From: a virus
Taxonomy: Duplodnaviria; Caudoviricetes
Virus record (IMG/VR): IMGVR_UViG_3300010203_000021
Coordinates: 7,014-71,013 of that record
Length of the DNA stretch: 64,000 bases
Strand: one strand, 5' to 3'
The notes below the pieces were generated by a model, which saw only the letters and a list, made by a program, of their open reading frames with translations, was not told where the DNA came from and made no database searches. The first letter of the stretch is position 1. The number at the start of each line of letters is the position of its first letter. Both the position numbers and the translations under genes were made by a program. This document shows positions 45,195-54,913 of this stretch, piece by piece.

Positions 45195-45220
45195 AAGCCG
45201 CCCGGAGGCGGCTTTTTCTT
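45195..45220 (+). terminator. Rho-independent terminator
   Basis: AAGCCGCC-CGGA-GGCGGCTT followed by a T-run. Confidence 0.88.
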
Positions 45221-47844
45221 TGGCCTTGGGAGCGTGGCACTTGGACAATGACGTCTCGGTCAAATTTACCGCTGATGCAAGCGACCTGAGCCGCGGCGCG
45301 CAGCAGGCGCAACAGGCGGTCGAAAATGTGGGGCGCAGCGCTAGCGACGTCGCCAAGCAGTTCGGAAAGCTTACGCCTGAAATCAAGGCGAGCATCGACA
45401 AGGTCGGTGACGCCGCTTGGAATTTCGGTCCTTGGTCGGGCAGCCAAGTCCAGATGGCGCAATTCGGCGTTCAGGGGCTCGTTGCCGCCTTCGGCGCCGT
45501 GGGCGCTTCTGGCGTCGCCGCCGCTACGCTTATTGGTGCCGCGTTCACCGCCATACTCCACCATGTCACCTCGTCCGTGGTCGATCTTGGCGTCGAAATG
45601 GACAAGTTGGCGAACAATTTTAATCAATCGCTGGGCGGAATGGGAGGCCTTGCTTCGTTCTCCGTCCGTGCCGGTGCCGACACCAAGGACGTCGCCACAG
45701 CATTCGGAAAGCTGCAGAAGAACGCCAACGACGGCGATGACGATACAGAAAAAGCCCTCAAGGCCATTGGCCTGCGGATGGACGAGATCAAGGGCAAAAA
45801 CTTCAACCAATTGCTTGAAACTTTCGCCCGAACTTTTTCGGGCACTGCTGACTCCGCAAACAAATTGGCGGCGGCGAACGCCCTGCTTGGCGAGGATCTG
45901 GCTTCAAAGCTGTTGCCCGAACTGAACCGAGGCGTGGACCATGTCCGCGATATGGAGGCCGCAGCCACGCGCGCAGGGGTCTCGCTCGACCAGGGAATGC
46001 GGGTTAAGATCCTTGGGACGAACGAGAGCATCCAAAGGGTCAAGGACGCCACTCATGAACTGAGCATGGCGTTTTCCGGGGTTTCCGTCACCATTTACAG
46101 CATATTCAAGCCGGCCATCGACGGCGTGATTGAAGGCTTTGGCGACCTGATCCGCAATATCGCCAGCGGCGTCGAATGGCTTAATCAGGCCGCGCGCACA
46201 AGCGGCGCTTTTCATGAGGCCATGAACCTCCTGGCGGGGGCAGTCAAAGTCGTCGTGACCGCGATCGGATTGCTGATCGATGCGATTGAGGCGTTGGTCG
46301 CGCTTGGGGTAGGCTCGGCGTCTATTATATCAGACGCATTTCACGGCATGGCCAATGTGATCGCCGCCGTGTTCCTCGATATAGCGGTCAACGGGCAAGC
46401 CGCTTTCACCGGATTGGCGAATGCTGCATCGGCAGTGACCACGTCAATCGGCAAAATGTTTGACGATGTCGGGGGCGTGATCAAAAACGCGCTGAGCGGC
46501 GACGTGAGCGGCGCCTCAGCGGCTTATGGGCAATTGAAGGATCATGCTGCCTCGGCGGCCGCTGGCATTAGTTCGGCATTTTCCGACATGCCTGGCATGA
46601 AGAACACTGACCGCGCCGTGCAAGACATGGGCGCGCGGCTCAAGAAAGACTATGCCGACACAGCATCAGGGGTCGTAGAGGTCGCGAAGCAGACCGTCGC
46701 ACAACTCAAGACAATCTGGGGTGACGGCGCGTCCAAGCCCCAGGCGTCCGGGCTTAAGAACGCGAGCGCAATCCCTAAGGACGGCAGCGGCGGCAAGGCT
46801 GACACTGCCCAGCAGCAGGCCGACATTAAGGCGATCGAGGATCAAATCCGAGCGGTGCAAACCACCGAACGCGCGAAAGCGGCGCTCTATGCCGATGCAG
46901 TCCGCATCTACCAGATGACGGAAGAACAGAAAGTCGCCGCGACCCGCGTCGCCGCGAACGAGGCCTATCAGGCGCAGAGGGCGCTTCTCGAAAAAGAGGC
47001 TCAGATCGCCGGCTTATCCCTGGCGCAGAAACAATCGGTCGAGGACAAGAAAAAGGCCCTCGACATCAAATATGCTGCCGAAAGCCAGCGTCTCGCGATT
47101 CAGGCCGCAGAGGCCTCCATGCGGCCTTGGACGCAAATGGTAGACGCCATGTCATCTTCCATGAGCAGCGGCATCATGGGGATGATCCGTGGCACGCAAA
47201 ATTTCCGCCAAGTCCTTGGAAGTTTGACCAGCGCCATCATTCAGTCGTTCGTCAACATGGGCGTTCAGATGGTCGCTAATTGGGCGAAGCAGGAGTTATT
47301 CAGCCTAGCGCTTCACCAGACCACCGAAGGGGCGAAGACTGCAGCTTCGATCACTGGTGCGGCGGCGCGGAGCGGGGTTGCCGCCGGTGAGGCGTCGGCG
47401 GTTTCTCTTCCGGTTATCGGGGCCGCGATCAGAAGCATTACGGCGTCGGCGGCCGAGACCTTTGCCGGCGTGTTTGGCTTCCTCTCGCCTGTCATGGGGC
47501 CGGCGGCGGCGGCGCCCGCTGCAGCGGCGCAAAGCACGGTTGCGGCAGTCGCCGCTTTCGACGTCGGGGCCTGGAGCATCAATCAGGATCAGCTCGCAAT
47601 GGTCCACAAAGGCGAAATGGTGATGACCGCTGGACAATCCAAAGGGCTGCGAAGTGTCATCAACGCGGCACAGAGCGCCTACGGCGGCGCTGGCGGGAGC
47701 GCCAGGAGCGGCGACACTTACAACGGTGACATTCACGTGCACGCCACCACGGCGGGGATCGAGGACCTTGTGAACGCAAACCCGAAAGGCTTTGTCAATG
47801 CGATGCGGCGTCTGCAGCGCCATGGCCATTTGAAATTTGCATGA
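45220..47844 (+). CDS. Tail tape measure protein
   Basis: 874 aa, Ala/Gly-rich helical; precedes the distal tail gene. Exact start uncertain (TTG ~45220-45241). Confidence 0.9.
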   Translation: MALGAWHLDNDVSVKFTADASDLSRGAQQAQQAVENVGRSASDVAKQFGKLTPEIKASIDKVGDAAWNFGPWSGSQVQMAQFGVQGLVAAFGAVGASGVAAATLIGAAFTAILHHVTSSVVDLGVEMDKLANNFNQSLGGMGGLASFSVRAGADTKDVATAFGKLQKNANDGDDDTEKALKAIGLRMDEIKGKNFNQLLETFARTFSGTADSANKLAAANALLGEDLASKLLPELNRGVDHVRDMEAAATRAGVSLDQGMRVKILGTNESIQRVKDATHELSMAFSGVSVTIYSIFKPAIDGVIEGFGDLIRNIASGVEWLNQAARTSGAFHEAMNLLAGAVKVVVTAIGLLIDAIEALVALGVGSASIISDAFHGMANVIAAVFLDIAVNGQAAFTGLANAASAVTTSIGKMFDDVGGVIKNALSGDVSGASAAYGQLKDHAASAAAGISSAFSDMPGMKNTDRAVQDMGARLKKDYADTASGVVEVAKQTVAQLKTIWGDGASKPQASGLKNASAIPKDGSGGKADTAQQQADIKAIEDQIRAVQTTERAKAALYADAVRIYQMTEEQKVAATRVAANEAYQAQRALLEKEAQIAGLSLAQKQSVEDKKKALDIKYAAESQRLAIQAAEASMRPWTQMVDAMSSSMSSGIMGMIRGTQNFRQVLGSLTSAIIQSFVNMGVQMVANWAKQELFSLALHQTTEGAKTAASITGAAARSGVAAGEASAVSLPVIGAAIRSITASAAETFAGVFGFLSPVMGPAAAAPAAAAQSTVAAVAAFDVGAWSINQDQLAMVHKGEMVMTAGQSKGLRSVINAAQSAYGGAGGSARSGDTYNGDIHVHATTAGIEDLVNANPKGFVNAMRRLQRHGHLKFA

Positions 47845-48440
47845 CCCTCGCGACCTTTCCCACGTTGCCGGGCCAGGGTTGGAGCCTCAAGAAGACGCCG
47901 ACCTTCTCGACGCGGGTCGCCCAGCATGTGTCCGGGCGCGAGGTGCGGGCGCAGAATTACGCCCACGCGCTCTATCACTTCGAACTGACCTTCGAGGGCC
48001 TGGACAGCCTCGGGCTTTATCCGGGGCTGCAGGCGCAAAGCGAGCAGGCGCTGCGCGGGTTTTATCTCGCTTGCGCAGGCCAATACGGGACGTTCCTCTA
48101 TGTCGATCCAAACGACAATGCGGTGACCAACTGCACTTTCGGGCAGGGCGACGGCGCGTCGACGCAATTCACGCTCTATCGGTCGGTGAACGGGTTCTAT
48201 GAGCCGGCCAGCTATGTGACCAACGTTGCAAACGCTTATGTCAACGGCGTTTCGCAACCATTCGTGCTGCTGGCGCCGAACACGATCCAGTTCGCTTCGC
48301 CGCCGGCGGCAGGCCTATCGTTGGCTTGGACCGGCTCTTTCGGCTGGCAATGCCGGTTCTCTGACGATTCGGCCGAGTTCGAGAACGCCATGAAGGGACT
48401 TTGGTCCCTGTCTTCGCTCAAATTTCAACAGGTCCGATGA
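47841..48440 (+). CDS. Distal tail protein (DUF2460-like)
   Basis: P.FSTRV...VSGREVR...Y; FGQGDG.STQFTL.R. Confidence 0.88.
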   Translation: MTLATFPTLPGQGWSLKKTPTFSTRVAQHVSGREVRAQNYAHALYHFELTFEGLDSLGLYPGLQAQSEQALRGFYLACAGQYGTFLYVDPNDNAVTNCTFGQGDGASTQFTLYRSVNGFYEPASYVTNVANAYVNGVSQPFVLLAPNTIQFASPPAAGLSLAWTGSFGWQCRFSDDSAEFENAMKGLWSLSSLKFQQVR

Positions 48441-49360
48441 AATCCATCACGCCGGCGCTCCTGACGTATCTCAACGCGTTCAGGCCGACCCTCGACACGC
48501 CGTTGGCCAAGGCGAATCTGTTCACGATCACGCTCATGAACGGCGCTGTTTGGACGTTCTGCGATTTCGAACTGCCGTTTTCGTGGAATTCCCTCACCTA
48601 TTCTGTGACCGGCCTGCGCGTCTCCGGCCTGAAATACAAGGCCAGCATCGGGCTCAACGTGGACAAGCAGGATATCAGCGTCGTCGCGGCGCCCACCGAC
48701 ACTTACGGCGGAATCCCGTTTCTGCAGGCGCTCCAGCAGGGCGTCTTCGACGCCGCCCATATCCAGCGCGATCTGGCGTTTTTCACCCCGGCGGCCAATG
48801 GCCTCTATCCGCCGGTCATCACGCCGATCGGCACGATCACCATGTTCAAAGGGCGCGTCGCCGACGTTAAAAGCATCGGCCGCACCACGGCGACGATCGA
48901 AGTCGCGTCGGACACCGTGCTGCTCGACATCGACATGCCCCGGAACCTCTATAAGGCGAACTGCTGCAACATTTTCTGCGATTCCGGCTGTGGCCTGAAT
49001 AAGGCGAGCTTCCAGACCGCCGGGAACGTCGGGCTCAACTCGACCTTTTCGGCCATTCGATGGGTTGGCGCCGCGATGGCGCATCAACAGGGCACTATCG
49101 CGTTCACCAGCGGCGCGAACGCGGGCTACGAGGCGACCATCAAGAGTGTGGCGGCGGGATTTGAGCTCCAGCTCATGTATTCGCTGCCGAACGCGCCAGG
49201 GGTAGGCGACAGCTTTATCGTGACGAAGGGCTGCGCGCACACCAAGGACGCCTGCGCGGCTTATGGAAACCTCGGAAACTTCCGCGGCTTCCCCTATGTG
49301 CCGCCGCCGCAGATCATGACCGGGCCGATGGCCACGCAATTCACGACGGGCGGGAAATGA
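48437..49360 (+). CDS. Tail hub protein (DUF2163/BR0599-like)
   Basis: C.NIFCD.GCGL, GD.F.VTKGC.HT...C...GNL.NFRGFPYVP. Confidence 0.9.
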   Translation: MKSITPALLTYLNAFRPTLDTPLAKANLFTITLMNGAVWTFCDFELPFSWNSLTYSVTGLRVSGLKYKASIGLNVDKQDISVVAAPTDTYGGIPFLQALQQGVFDAAHIQRDLAFFTPAANGLYPPVITPIGTITMFKGRVADVKSIGRTTATIEVASDTVLLDIDMPRNLYKANCCNIFCDSGCGLNKASFQTAGNVGLNSTFSAIRWVGAAMAHQQGTIAFTSGANAGYEATIKSVAAGFELQLMYSLPNAPGVGDSFIVTKGCAHTKDACAAYGNLGNFRGFPYVPPPQIMTGPMATQFTTGGK

Positions 49361-49428
49361 CCTAAGCGCGGGCCGCGCCGCCTGACGTGCCCGCGCCCGT
49401 CAAGTTGGCGTAGCCAAGGCCTGGGCGC

Positions 49429-49713
49429 TCAAGCAACCTTTGCAACCGTCAATCGGAGACCTAACGCCGTCGCGGCTTTCGTCAGCGTCTCCAGCGTCGG
49501 GTTCCCGCCCGGGACCAACCCTTTATAGATCGCTTCGCGGCTCAAGCCGGTTTGTCGGGCAAACTCGGTGACGCCGATGGCTCTGGCGATCTCTCCAAGC
49601 CCCGACGCGATGAAGGAAGGGTCGCCTTCTTCAAGAAGAACCTCGAAATAGGCGGCCCGCTCCTCCGGGGTGTTGAGATAATTCCGAATGTCGAATTCCC
49701 GAGTCTCGACCAT
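49429..49713 (-). CDS. Addiction-module antidote, HTH (HI1420-like)
   Basis: FD...YL...EE...Y....LEEGDP..I...LG.IARA.G.T..AR.TGLSRE.IYK.L...GNPT. Confidence 0.92.
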   Translation of the reverse strand: MVETREFDIRNYLNTPEERAAYFEVLLEEGDPSFIASGLGEIARAIGVTEFARQTGLSREAIYKGLVPGGNPTLETLTKAATALGLRLTVAKVA

Positions 49714-49716
49714 AGA

Positions 49717-50010
49717 TTAGACCTCCTTTGCGAGCGCCTTCGCGGCGCGAATGTCGCGCGCTTGCGATCCCTTGTCGCCGCCGCCCAGCAGAATGATGAT
49801 TTCGGTCCCGCGGCGGCAGAAATAAATGCGGTAGCCGGGGCCGAAATGGAAACGCAGCTCGCCCACGCCGTCGCCTACATCCTTGTGATCCCCGAGCGAG
49901 CCAGTTTCTTGAACCCGGCGCAACCGCTCCGCGATCCGAAGGCGCGTCTTCAAATCTTTCTGGCTGCTCAGCCAGTGCTGAAAGGGGAGCGTTTCCAAGA
50001 GCTTCAACAT
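49717..50010 (-). CDS. Addiction-module killer, RelE/ParE fold (HI1419-like)
   Basis: F..WL...KD...R.RI..RL.R....G.LGD.K.VG.GV.ELR...GPGYRIYF...LLGGGDK.SQ.RDI. Confidence 0.93.
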   Translation of the reverse strand: MLKLLETLPFQHWLSSQKDLKTRLRIAERLRRVQETGSLGDHKDVGDGVGELRFHFGPGYRIYFCRRGTEIIILLGGGDKGSQARDIRAAKALAKEV

Positions 50011-50161
50011 GAGTAATTTAATACACACTCTGGCGCTGATCGTCAACTATAATACACACATGCTTTCGGCATGAAGCCGCGCCCGGTTCCGCGATTCCTC
50101 GCCAATTGCCTTGGCGCAGCGCCGGTCTGCGGCGTTCCCCTCAACAGCAGGATCAGATGAC

Positions 50162-50617
50162 ATGACCGAACAGGAGCAACGCGCCGCCGTGGTCGCAGAG
50201 GCCCGGTCCTGGCTGGCGACGCCCTATCACAATTGCGCCGACATCAAGGGCGCCGGTTGCGATTGCGGAATGCTGCTGGTCCGCGTGTTCTGCGACCTCG
50301 GGCTCGTCGCGCCGTTCGACCCGCGGCCCTATGCGCCGGACTGGCATCTTCACCGCGACGCGGAGCGCTATCTCGGTTGGGTGCGCTCCTGGTGCGCGGA
50401 GGTCGAGACGCCGGCGCCCGGCGACCTCGTCGTGTTCAAATACGGCCGCTGCTACAGCCACGGCGGCATTGTGACCGAAGCCGACCCTTTGACCATCGTT
50501 CACGCCTTCATGGACGCAGGGCAGGTGGTCGAGGAGGCCGTTCACCGTAATCCCCGCCTGAAAGACCCGGCGCGCGCGCGGCTGTTCTTCTCATTCTGGG
50601 CCAAGGATAAGGCGTAA
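50162..50617 (+). CDS. Tail-associated NlpC/P60 peptidase
   Basis: ARSWL.TPYH...GCDC.MLL, PGDL..F..GRC..HGGI. Confidence 0.92.
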   Translation: MTEQEQRAAVVAEARSWLATPYHNCADIKGAGCDCGMLLVRVFCDLGLVAPFDPRPYAPDWHLHRDAERYLGWVRSWCAEVETPAPGDLVVFKYGRCYSHGGIVTEADPLTIVHAFMDAGQVVEEAVHRNPRLKDPARARLFFSFWAKDKA

Positions 50618-53592
50618 TGGCGGGCTTTCTTGGCGGCGGCGCCCCGAAGACGCAGGTCACGGTCTATTCCGGCCTGCAAATCCAAAGCACGTCGTCCGCG
50701 CTGCCGATCCCGGTGGGATGGGGCAAGAACATCCTCACGCCGAACTGCGTCTATTATGACGACTTCCAGGCGCACGCGAACAGCAGCAAGTCGGCCGGCG
50801 GCAAGGGTGGCGGCGGCCGCGCGACCAGCTACACCTATTCGGCGACGCTCGTCCTCGCGCTGTGCGAAGGGCCTGTCTCCGGCATTGAGAATGTCTGGCA
50901 GGCGTCCCCGACGCCGGTCACGCTGGCGACGACCGGTCTCACGCTGTTCGAGGGCGCGGCCGGGCAGGGCGCCTGGTCCTATCTGGCCACGAACCATCCC
51001 GACAAGGCGCTCGCCTATCCGCACACGGCCTATCTCTGCGCGGCCAATTACAATCTGGGTTCGTCGGCCTCGATCAATTCGAACACCTATGAGGTCGAAT
51101 TCCCCCTGATGGGGACGGGCTGCAACGGCGTCGACGCCGATCCTGCCCAGATCGTCTATGATTTCCTGACCAACCCGCGCTATGGCGTCGGTTTTCCCGC
51201 CGGCTCGATCGATCTCGGATCGCTTTACGGAGGGACGAACACGAGCTCGTACCAGTGCTATTGCTGGGCGGCCGGGATCGCGCTGTCGCCGGTGCTGAAC
51301 AACCAGGAAAGCGCCTCGTCGATCCTGGCGCGCTGGCTGCAACTGACCAATTCCACCGCAGTCTGGTCCGGCGGCCTGCTCAAGTTCATCCCGCTCGGCG
51401 ACATGGACCTGACGGGGAACAGCAAGACGTGGCTGGCCAACGACGCCCCGCTCTATGATCTGACCGACGACGATTTCCTCGCCGCCGATGGCGAAGACCC
51501 CGTCAAGATCACGCGGTCCGATCCCTTCGCCGCCTATAATCGCCAGAGCGTCGAAATTCAGTCGCGCGATGACGATTACAACACCGGCCCGGTCGAGGCG
51601 TTCGACCAGGCGGCCATTGATCGTTTCGGATCGCGCATCGGGTCCAGCGTCACCGCGCACGAAATCTGCGACCTCTCGATCGCGCAGACCGTCGCGCAGC
51701 TGATCCTGCAGCGCGGTCTCTATGTCCGAAACACTTACACTTTCAGCCTGTCGCTCGAATTTTCGCATCTCGACCCGATGGATTTGGTCACGCTGACGGA
51801 CCCCGCCATCGGGCTGAACAAGACCGTGGTTCGGATCACGGACATCGAGGAGGATGACGACGGCAATCTGACGGTCACGGCTGAGGAGTTCCCGCAGGGC
51901 GTCCAGACCGCGAGCAAATATGCGGTGCAATCGAAGGTTTCGACGGCGCCCAACAATCAGGTCGCGCCCGGCTCAATCAATCCGCCGATCATTTTCGAGC
52001 CGCCGGGATCGCTCGCCGGCGCGCTGGAGGTGTGGGTGGTCGGCTCCGGCGTCGAGCCGCAGAATTGGGGCGGCGCGCACGTCTGGGCGTCCTACGACGG
52101 CGCGACCTATTCGCAGATCGGGACGATCCAGCCTGGCGCCCAGGGCGTTTTGACGGCGCCGCTGGCGGCGGTTGCGACGACGGCGGGCGGCCCGACGATC
52201 GACACCGCGAACACCCTTTCGGTCAGCCTCGCGGAATCGGGCGGCGCGTTGCAATCGACCTCGCAGACCGGCGCGCAGCAGGGCGCGACCCTCTGCTTCG
52301 TCGGGGGCGAGCTGCTCGCCTATGAGAACGCGGCCCTCACGGGGACGAACGCCTACAATCTCAGCTATCTGGTGCGCGGCCTTTACGGGACGCAGGCCAG
52401 CGTCGGCGCTCACGCCACCGGCGCGCAGTTCGGCCGGGTGGACGGGAACGTCTTCAAATACGGCTATTCGAACTACCAGATCGGCGCGACCGTCTATCTG
52501 AAGTTCACGTCGTTCAACATTTATGGCGCTGCCGAGGAATCGCTTGCGGACGTGGCGGTTTACACCCACACGCTCGGGGGCTCGCCGACGCCGTCGGCGG
52601 TGACGATCCTGACCGGCGCGCTGACGCAGGCGCCGGGCGGCGTCTCGCTCACGCTGGACGCGACGTGGACGGCGGATCCTTTGGCGGTCACCTATATCGC
52701 CGAAATTTCCACCGATACCGGCGTGACCTGGCGCACGATCTATAACGCCGCGGACACGGCGCTTGATGTCGGCGGCCTTGGGCAGCAGAACCTTGTTTTC
52801 CGGGTGGCTGGCGTCAACGCCAACGGCATCCGTGGAGCTTGGGCGACCATTGGGATTGTCTCGCCGGTCATCAACTATGCGGCGGCGCACACGGCGGCCT
52901 ATATCGGCTATGACCAGCTCGCGACGCTGCCGGCGCAGTTGATCGCGTTTTCGCAGTTCGACTCGCTGGACGATACGACCCTTGCGCAGATCGGGACGAT
53001 CCTCGACCAGAGCAAGAAGACTGCGACCCTGCAGGCTCAGGCGGCGGCGGCGCAGGCTGGCGTGACGCAAACGAGCCAAGCGGTCGCGGCGCTGACCGGC
53101 TCGTTCGCGAGCTACCAGACAACGGTGTCGGCGTCGTTCAGCAATGTGAACGCGCAGATTTCGAACGAGGCGACGACGCGGGCAAGCGCGGATCAGGCGC
53201 TGGCCAACCAGATTTTAGCGGTCTCGGCTTCGACTTCGGTCGGCACGGCGCAAGGCAAGTTGGAGATCACGGCGGCGTCCGGCCTGTCCGGCGTATCGGC
53301 GGCGATCCAGTTAGGCGTTTCGGCGACGGCGAATGGTGTGGGGGCGTCCTACGCAGGGGCGTACATCCTCGCGATGAGCGACGGGACGAGCCGGTTCGTT
53401 ATCAACGCCACGAACTTCTACGTCCTTGGCGCCAACACCACCGTCTTCGGCACGAATGCAGACGGCTCGCTCTCGCTCAACGGCGTGACGAGGGTCAACA
53501 GCACAATCGAGAGCGCGGCGACCACTGCAAGTGGAACGCCGAAAATGCGGCTCGATTTCGTTAATGGAATTCTCCAGATCGCGCGGTCCTGA
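50617..53592 (+). CDS. Tail tip / central fibre (host-specificity J-like) protein
   Basis: 991 aa; LDPMDLVTLTD, W.GA.VWAS.DG.TY, YLVRGLYGT, LKFTSFN; C-terminal coiled coil and DG.SRF.INA.NF. Confidence 0.9.
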   Translation: MAGFLGGGAPKTQVTVYSGLQIQSTSSALPIPVGWGKNILTPNCVYYDDFQAHANSSKSAGGKGGGGRATSYTYSATLVLALCEGPVSGIENVWQASPTPVTLATTGLTLFEGAAGQGAWSYLATNHPDKALAYPHTAYLCAANYNLGSSASINSNTYEVEFPLMGTGCNGVDADPAQIVYDFLTNPRYGVGFPAGSIDLGSLYGGTNTSSYQCYCWAAGIALSPVLNNQESASSILARWLQLTNSTAVWSGGLLKFIPLGDMDLTGNSKTWLANDAPLYDLTDDDFLAADGEDPVKITRSDPFAAYNRQSVEIQSRDDDYNTGPVEAFDQAAIDRFGSRIGSSVTAHEICDLSIAQTVAQLILQRGLYVRNTYTFSLSLEFSHLDPMDLVTLTDPAIGLNKTVVRITDIEEDDDGNLTVTAEEFPQGVQTASKYAVQSKVSTAPNNQVAPGSINPPIIFEPPGSLAGALEVWVVGSGVEPQNWGGAHVWASYDGATYSQIGTIQPGAQGVLTAPLAAVATTAGGPTIDTANTLSVSLAESGGALQSTSQTGAQQGATLCFVGGELLAYENAALTGTNAYNLSYLVRGLYGTQASVGAHATGAQFGRVDGNVFKYGYSNYQIGATVYLKFTSFNIYGAAEESLADVAVYTHTLGGSPTPSAVTILTGALTQAPGGVSLTLDATWTADPLAVTYIAEISTDTGVTWRTIYNAADTALDVGGLGQQNLVFRVAGVNANGIRGAWATIGIVSPVINYAAAHTAAYIGYDQLATLPAQLIAFSQFDSLDDTTLAQIGTILDQSKKTATLQAQAAAAQAGVTQTSQAVAALTGSFASYQTTVSASFSNVNAQISNEATTRASADQALANQILAVSASTSVGTAQGKLEITAASGLSGVSAAIQLGVSATANGVGASYAGAYILAMSDGTSRFVINATNFYVLGANTTVFGTNADGSLSLNGVTRVNSTIESAATTASGTPKMRLDFVNGILQIARS

Positions 53593-54047
53593 TGGTCGAT
53601 GGCGTCAATATCGGGCAATTCCATGATGGAAGCGCCGGCATCCGCGTCTCTGTGCCTGGGTACGATGGCGATCCGCCAACAGGGACAGTCGATCCCACGC
53701 ATCTGCAATTCTCGACGGGCTGGTCGTCGTCTCTGCCAATTTGGTGGGTCAGCGGCAATATCGCGTTCTCTGCCGGGTCAACCATAACGATCAATTTTCC
53801 CGGCGCGTTGCCTTATACGCCGTTCATATCGACAATGATTACTTCCGAAGGCATCACGCATTCTCCCGCCTACACAGATTGGTCCGGTGTTGGCGGATAT
53901 TATGCGCAAGCTCTGACGATAGAGACGTTTCCTGACCGCGTCACACTGACGGTAGGGTCCGGGTGGACATCTGCAGCGCCGGGCGGCGCGGGCACTGCGA
54001 CAAATGGAACTATAAAGATCATCGTCTACCGCATAGGCATGTTCTGA
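53592..54047 (+). CDS. Tail-tip accessory protein 1
   Basis: TGATG coupling; N-terminal DGV.I...IRVSVPGYD. Confidence 0.75.
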   Translation: MVDGVNIGQFHDGSAGIRVSVPGYDGDPPTGTVDPTHLQFSTGWSSSLPIWWVSGNIAFSAGSTITINFPGALPYTPFISTMITSEGITHSPAYTDWSGVGGYYAQALTIETFPDRVTLTVGSGWTSAAPGGAGTATNGTIKIIVYRIGMF

Positions 54048-54394
54048 TGGTTGATGGCGTTTATCTGTCGGCAGAAAAACTGCGTATCACCAAGCCAGGG
54101 AAGGACACGGAATCAACAAACCTGGATGATTTCATTTTGCATGAATCGTTCTCGGCGTTGGAATTGGTTATCGGCGGCGTACAGACGATTTACACGTTGC
54201 CGGCGACAATTGCTCATAACCTCGGTTACCCGCCCGTGGTCATCCCTTGCGGAGGCCCCGCAACCTCAATCGGAGGCGTCGAGCCCATTTCTGTTCGAGT
54301 GGACGCGACCAATGTTTATGTCACTGCCGCAGATGGGGCGTCGACGTACCCGACGCCAATGTCTTTGCTGATCCTTGGGGCTCCCGCCACATGA
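54047..54394 (+). CDS. Tail-tip accessory protein 2
   Basis: TGATG coupling; MVDGVYL...LRITKPGKD; HNLGYPP. Confidence 0.75.
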   Translation: MVDGVYLSAEKLRITKPGKDTESTNLDDFILHESFSALELVIGGVQTIYTLPATIAHNLGYPPVVIPCGGPATSIGGVEPISVRVDATNVYVTAADGASTYPTPMSLLILGAPAT

Positions 54395-54876
54395 GCGAGG
54401 TCCATATCAATGAGGCCGCGATCAAGATCGCGAAACTCGGATTTAACGGCGCGACGGAGACCGACCTGCGCAATATGATACTCGACACGTCTCGCGGGAG
54501 ATACGTGGGGATTTATCAACCGCCGACCGCTCTTAATATGTCGAATTTCGTATTAACGTCGACAATAAGTAACTCAAGCACAACAACAAAAAAGTATACA
54601 AATACCGTAAGTCTTGGGAAAACATTCGACGTTCCGCCAGCCGTTTTCGTTATGTACAAAAGCCAAAGATTTTCAGGGGCGCTTCCATATTTTTCCGAAT
54701 CGAATGCGAGCCTCGTCAACGATGGCGCATTGACAATCGCACAAGGCGGTGTGGTTCGTGCGGGCTACAGTGTGACGACAAAAAGTATAATATTCGTATA
54801 TTTTCAAACCTACTACGCGCGTAACCCGTCAATTCTTCCGGGGCCGTCTGCAATAACCTATTTCGTTGCGTACTGA
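54391..54876 (+). CDS. Tail-tip accessory protein 3 (AT-rich)
   Basis: ATGA coupling; IKIAKLGFN; lower GC. Confidence 0.7.
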   Translation: MSEVHINEAAIKIAKLGFNGATETDLRNMILDTSRGRYVGIYQPPTALNMSNFVLTSTISNSSTTTKKYTNTVSLGKTFDVPPAVFVMYKSQRFSGALPYFSESNASLVNDGALTIAQGGVVRAGYSVTTKSIIFVYFQTYYARNPSILPGPSAITYFVAY

Positions 54877-54913
54877 CGGCTGCTCGACCGAAACAATCTG
54901 AGGCCTCCTCATC

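Noticed and set aside
50542-53079. Long minus-strand ORFs (462 aa and 368 aa) in the tail-tip gene
   Set aside because: Antisense shadows of the well-supported tail-tip CDS.
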